Shown here: positions 28,201 to 29,383 of the stretch, piece by piece
Numbering within the stretch: position 1 is the stretch's first letter
How the letters are laid out: every line of letters starts with the position of its first letter
Virus record (IMG/VR): IMGVR_UViG_3300012953_000152
Span: 1 to 29,383 of that record
Length of the DNA stretch: 29,383 bases
Origin: a virus
Taxonomy: Duplodnaviria; Caudoviricetes
Reading direction: 5' to 3' (one strand)
Translations under genes and position numbers: made by a program
Notes under the pieces: model-generated
What the model saw: only the letters and a program-made list of their open reading frames with translations
Databases searched by the model: none
What the model was told of the DNA's origin: nothing

Positions 28201-29093
28201 AGATTAAAGCGCAACGTGCTTTCAAAGCAGGCGTCCCTTACTCGATGCAGTCCAGACAGTACAAGACGGCGCATCGTTTCCTAAAGAACTATGGGCTCGA
28301 AGAGTTTTTGCCAGGCGCACCTAAAGCATCAGAGATGATTAGCAATCAACATCTTGACGTAAACACTGGTAACGATAAGGTACGCATGGCTATTATCAAG
28401 TTTGCAGACGACGCAATCTTCCAGCCGAACCCGAACGATATTCCAATGTGGGCGCAGACGCCAGTTGGTTCATTAGTCTTTCAGCTTAAATCATTTCCAT
28501 TAATGATGACACGTCTCGGTGGTCATGTGATTAAAGAAGCAAACCACGGGAACTTCACACCCCTTATTTACTTGGCTTCTATTGGCCCTGCATTCGGTGC
28601 AGTTACTCTCAGTGTTAAGGATATTATTCAAATGCGAGGTGGCGAAGAAAATAGAGAACCAGCATTAAGAAAAAGAAATATCCTAAAAGCATTGGGATAT
28701 GACAAAGATACGCATGGAGACGAAGACAACTTCCTCGGTTGGTATGTAGAAAGCATGATGGTTATGGGTGGTCTCGGTCTTATGGGAGACATCATTCACT
28801 CAGCAGTAACACAGGCAGACAATGGTGCATACGGACAACAGCGTATGTGGTCAACACTTCTCGGCCCATCATTCGGTCTCGGCAATGCGACAATGCAAGT
28901 GGGCGCAGGAATAACAGACGAGAAAGACAACAGTAATTCAAAAGAAAGATCAGCCGTTAGAGAGATGGCGACACGTATTCCTGTACTTGGTGGTAACAGA
29001 AAGTTCAGAGAAGCAGTCGTCGACGCAACTGCTGGAGAAGCCTCAAGTGGTAACACGGGTGGGTGGAAATCAAGCATGACTGAGAGTTGGTAA
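19215..29093 (+). CDS. Giant polyvalent ejection-type protein (3292 aa) with zincin metallopeptidase and ADP-ribosyltransferase-like domains
   Basis: HEVGH at 23127-23141 with downstream QEFFA; 'FYHGT...GPGIYLT.NP.VA..YA...VMP....KSP...GYDGI...V.F.PEQ.K' at about 25540-26390; Gly/Ala-rich membrane-like N-terminal segment; C-terminal helical region with 'FQLKSFP' typical of podophage internal proteins. Confidence 0.8.
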   Translation: MGFYNDSLLDLDKYKTGNTSDYSSDVDPQRILRDPAFLDDLRTYYRDQGKTFYDDRSLIDAFYTDKTWDDLNTVGAVGSAVEAHTGNKEQRERMKRIEQVWRQMPFFWQEGGRGSKAFGDIATGILADPVNLIPGVAAYKGAASATRGAYLAGKSSPMMRGVLSGTAKAAGTEAAIGAGQEAVVNTAHQVRDIQLGLQDEFSLGKLGVASGTGAAFGVGVGGAIGVPSAIAGARSGMVPVQALEKLGLSREQISALTPEQLDDFYKNLQQSGATGLLPTPRGEDTTETPVPPEQTQTVFNTGEFGDYAQDLDTLEKTFQDVTKKARDQLDREVLDGADNETLDASTEWVAQLASMRQAVQRAKREAKQINELEQSLDLGDEKIAAQMRVRFEAYMRDVRRVLNGAEGLSSEQLIARMEEDGFGLKRKPETETTTETELAEAPEAPVSEEVPVEEGTAPPRTGEQRVEEPTTEEPKAEEPKADKPKPKAKTDEEIVAEAEGEENLPDEAVAAEIEELRSTDPEGYKDFVKNNEIRVYMPTQPDGNWKKEHIKAIEDAVAEAKTPDAIDKISVMVTGIAENLATNPKFKMPRVKRLKVMLGTDKKQPMVSANEPAISVELKGKALSEGFDWRKLAPSKNSKEGRITRGSLVEARKARPKGTDRDAYAVQVEDDIENIVKDMNLGDDPFGSLPRTKENADTILELVGNFSRAEKYGSGERTEDILALLNYELRRAGFYEDVQQMADNIWTTTEMKLIRTHTKQIKGELPDLSDEAARLVAEARVMKERGAQPRSDVRSTQAGIDKKGIYTTAGREETGRIQSLLRRGTPIARGSDYTTTSGYGARANELGREAAALKALERRQEPLQGGKLKKAQAQYKQMIKNGMDEPSAKRISGLARGTEQVSDLVPYTTTGREKVFGNGGLVEVPKGGTAWYDGVTKKAYISRELAMRARGEKPVVTKPDGGQVEADETVQGKIQSLLRRIKEDKDYNGPEKLISDLRRELQQRKGDTPEAKQNLPESSNAKASPPPQSGNKKLIVRSKDNPDDIRIMSAKQVEDGKDIYAIIGQKGGRSSDPANWDVRYAPMDAYPRSLKAKTELFESLAPEEGLMEGQPSAGGLFEAGNATGLGQPLSVEEANALNVNLNQAERVVIFQLLKKNGFPGTVSQTPKEISFLELREFISQVETERWPLSVLEQSKQVNYLKILYEAQRRTAPQGYVMQNMDRKTAVDNIEKVFNKFTSEEITSAKRLISQLGGDPTTAPILKGKLDNMADVDRGTQGQYNKGTNEISVEQMAPHKIQPRAIVLMHEVGHWAYENILTPQDRIDFWESLDKFYDQGGELNRTRVDDHSPKYNGMKFHVEGFGEAEMEGGTNATISPQEFFANQFSMWVAQRHDQVILKDASFWKRVTAFAKAIFDRFYDKNRIDPNMEPFFAKILPEHERKEFAFGVDAVPTKKEGKVIHSRFKMLELIEEDIATAIETDSTDGIINGFQDLQRWILGVAVNNKEIQLSRHIKMGGTGPLLALRRTNGDPEKILTVLNDKFRAMDEIMRGNAMGDFVSIDDRPMARKFLEGGEFEGLTHMKKNPVEVADTLKDFYYNGYLGKWTPSEGIPAKIIRKDRSSTKAALEMAREALSAGYNRVEGHQLLPPDSIPRSVKREEPPVAEDGTVKFSNKKREAVNRAKREEASTTREAVKNAKTSKVKRSKKSEQDAPDVDPTTAQEVKSIPIKKLVRLYRQHKGTDYGNQIGAEIVAKIKAKPSANEEVPITREIHQMSGKELDAKLTEAFYEGDRKTVNMVAWEMTRRKKSSKEMKIPATFQTMIDVLVSREKVDSQGIARDDGIPSSARASVKDMLSQITHRDAEVQTSARNIAYRMINLIEKTQTGDKISTLDMARLGNGDTRMAGDGVFANYKSPDFNNFRKEARRIAAVINRGKGKSDQAMFNLMSMITRSGLLDTNEKDAILQAFKAKHGKDAPQDVADEWFAEAVSAYTREDLRRNAILADDTDIAVRQTFDNTVDKVIEHSAYVLHGQIGSNKIKQRYRRLTFYGDMFQGKKNSPTEAAYGGQIIFNTHSAADAGADMWNASSPSRKANIHNYTKGGFGYDQAAQRPIMFYHGTPYGWAFKRNLESENVVFRHSKIGNNGPGIYLTENPNVAGEVYADRPTTASMSQKIADLDVNDAKKEELLIEYNDLSRLRANISQKRRQYAELEYGMAVDGDMFDFEAYQSELDKLVTAEEYIAEGLAKEGVYIDPYVMPMVIDLKSPADFRLQADYNIDHPMIKAIMGEILTSTDNADRALAYLQDTFGRMDKSGKDTYNDLVKSLEETGLQHRSAQNALTKILERLGYDGITSTHTNTLSYGGAQMDSGLPYGASAFTHTAVVLFKPEQAKHIGAKYFDRNDEQLYSQVDNWEPIEKGLTGDFTRMLMNDEFKSIGDVPVGQFGELVEEGGSNSTISSAVMSMLRKREPSVAEEQAIRKHGVFGFLNRVSTKIRNQGMNWLADKYQEHYPDMQQRFGKKIMPIFNALRSLPDSDGILRGYFRRSTAGFGQEQPKSHGRIARALRRGDGSRSERQLTTEERAIYRDIRLILGSEREEMIAEGFHVGDRGPNYLPQVWDQGKIRKNKDEFIAKMKRYYEVENLSNNREYSDAEAQAFAEGIMLKLLDESEGGVFIPVKGSTKNSTFENVDYSRVIELEKYPDMLNELEPFLESNLESLLVKYLEGSSRRLTSAKRFGVNSHAVSDYMMVAKEGRMGIARLLSKARQFEYDITAMNSEGVRETATLVDTIRMPFENNQGEAVAFADKLLEIGTTSGPAGVRQMLMEIAPMINGEISPVYKKRVDAIVGAIQDFKGKTGQVAYDTGEEYVDNAMRILHKKPMHGTNKTGMRVSRGLRFFNNVSLLGFTTLTSIGDLGLPIIRSGSFKSWAKGLANMTDPDYKQMIKNVGVAMENVVHERMVHMYGAPDNKASHAFFNATLLTPWTDMNRQIAGATGFETLKTMQIKAQRAFKAGVPYSMQSRQYKTAHRFLKNYGLEEFLPGAPKASEMISNQHLDVNTGNDKVRMAIIKFADDAIFQPNPNDIPMWAQTPVGSLVFQLKSFPLMMTRLGGHVIKEANHGNFTPLIYLASIGPAFGAVTLSVKDIIQMRGGEENREPALRKRNILKALGYDKDTHGDEDNFLGWYVESMMVMGGLGLMGDIIHSAVTQADNGAYGQQRMWSTLLGPSFGLGNATMQVGAGITDEKDNSNSKERSAVREMATRIPVLGGNRKFREAVVDATAGEASSGNTGGWKSSMTESW

Positions 29094-29323
29094 TGCCAGA
29101 GATTACGATGGAAAGAATTTTAAAAATGCGACTTTTGCCCCGATTTATGATGGGCATTATGACATACGCCTACCTCGATACTTTGTGGTGGTTTCAGAGT
29201 TTGTCGCCAGACGAGATGACAACACAGGCGGCGTCATTAACAGCAACAGTAACAGGAGCTATGACAGGCGCATTCGCCGTCTGGCTTGGATCGGAGAAAA
29301 TAAATGATAACACAACTACTTAG
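29093..29323 (+). CDS. Small two-TM membrane protein, holin-like (76 aa)
   Basis: TAATG coupling gives the ATG at 29093; two hydrophobic segments (RFMMGIMTYAYL..., ASLTATVTGAMTGAFAVWL). Confidence 0.6.
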   Translation: MPEITMERILKMRLLPRFMMGIMTYAYLDTLWWFQSLSPDEMTTQAASLTATVTGAMTGAFAVWLGSEKINDNTTT

Positions 29324-29383
29324 TTCCGTTGTCGGGTTAGGCACTAGCTTCCTCGATAGCAAAGCGGAGATACAAAAAGCAAA
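29304..29383 (+). CDS. Start of probable holin-like protein (3' truncated)
   Basis: GGAG SD at about 29293; MITQLLSSVVGLGTSFLDSKAEIQKA... is an amphipathic start resembling 3TM/GTA-type holins. Confidence 0.5.
   Translation, partial: MITQLLSSVVGLGTSFLDSKAEIQKA

Larger units (their letters stand above)
1..29383 (+). mobile_element. Tailed bacteriophage (podovirus-like) structural/late gene region
   Basis: Co-oriented portal, scaffold, major capsid, adaptor/nozzle, fibres, GNAT, ejection-type proteins and holin-like genes. No tape measure or tail sheath gene recognised, and no host housekeeping genes. Confidence 0.93.

Noticed and set aside
18-28936. Alternate-frame + strand ORFs (18-344, 1593-1778, 3840-4091, 4174-4410, 6184-6369, 8794-9012, 12641-13027 and others)
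   Set aside because: They overlap better-supported genes or regulatory sequence and lack recognisable protein features.
510-29077. Minus-strand ORFs in the track (e.g. 1632-2315, 2478-3107, 19400-19828)
   Set aside because: They are antisense shadows of long + strand genes with biased codon use, and show no independent motifs.
19215-29093. Giant ORF as a virion RNA polymerase (N4 or crAss type)
   Set aside because: The size is similar, but I found no DxDGD or T7/N4-type polymerase motifs; 'AVDGD' lacks the first Asp.

Overview
The window is the virion-morphogenesis region of a tailed dsDNA phage with a podovirus-like gene set, probably marine (inferred from protein styles only). All credible genes lie on the + strand, tightly packed and often translationally coupled. 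Order: portal (3' part), small coiled-coil protein, a tail-fibre/receptor-binding cassette (1039-5590) inserted between portal and scaffold, two small genes missing from the ORF track (5603-5770, 5772-5906), a small head-associated protein, scaffold, SU10/DUF5309-like major capsid protein, adaptor and nozzle-like tail proteins, a second fibre, a GNAT protein, three helical ejection-type proteins, a 3292-aa polyvalent protein (zincin HExxH peptidase plus ADP-ribosyltransferase-like domain) and two holin-like genes. The most notable unannotated signals are: (1) six copies of a promoter-like element GG-ACGAC(A)-N17/18-nAnnnT, each 61-152 nt upstream of a structural gene; (2) an identical C.U-mismatch/UNCG hairpin in the leaders of both the scaffold and capsid genes; (3) apparent window-wide avoidance of GCWGC; (4) paralogous fibre genes with a 43-aa identical but synonymously recoded shaft and swapped, compositionally foreign tips. 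Family assignments come from motif recognition and synteny, not database searches.
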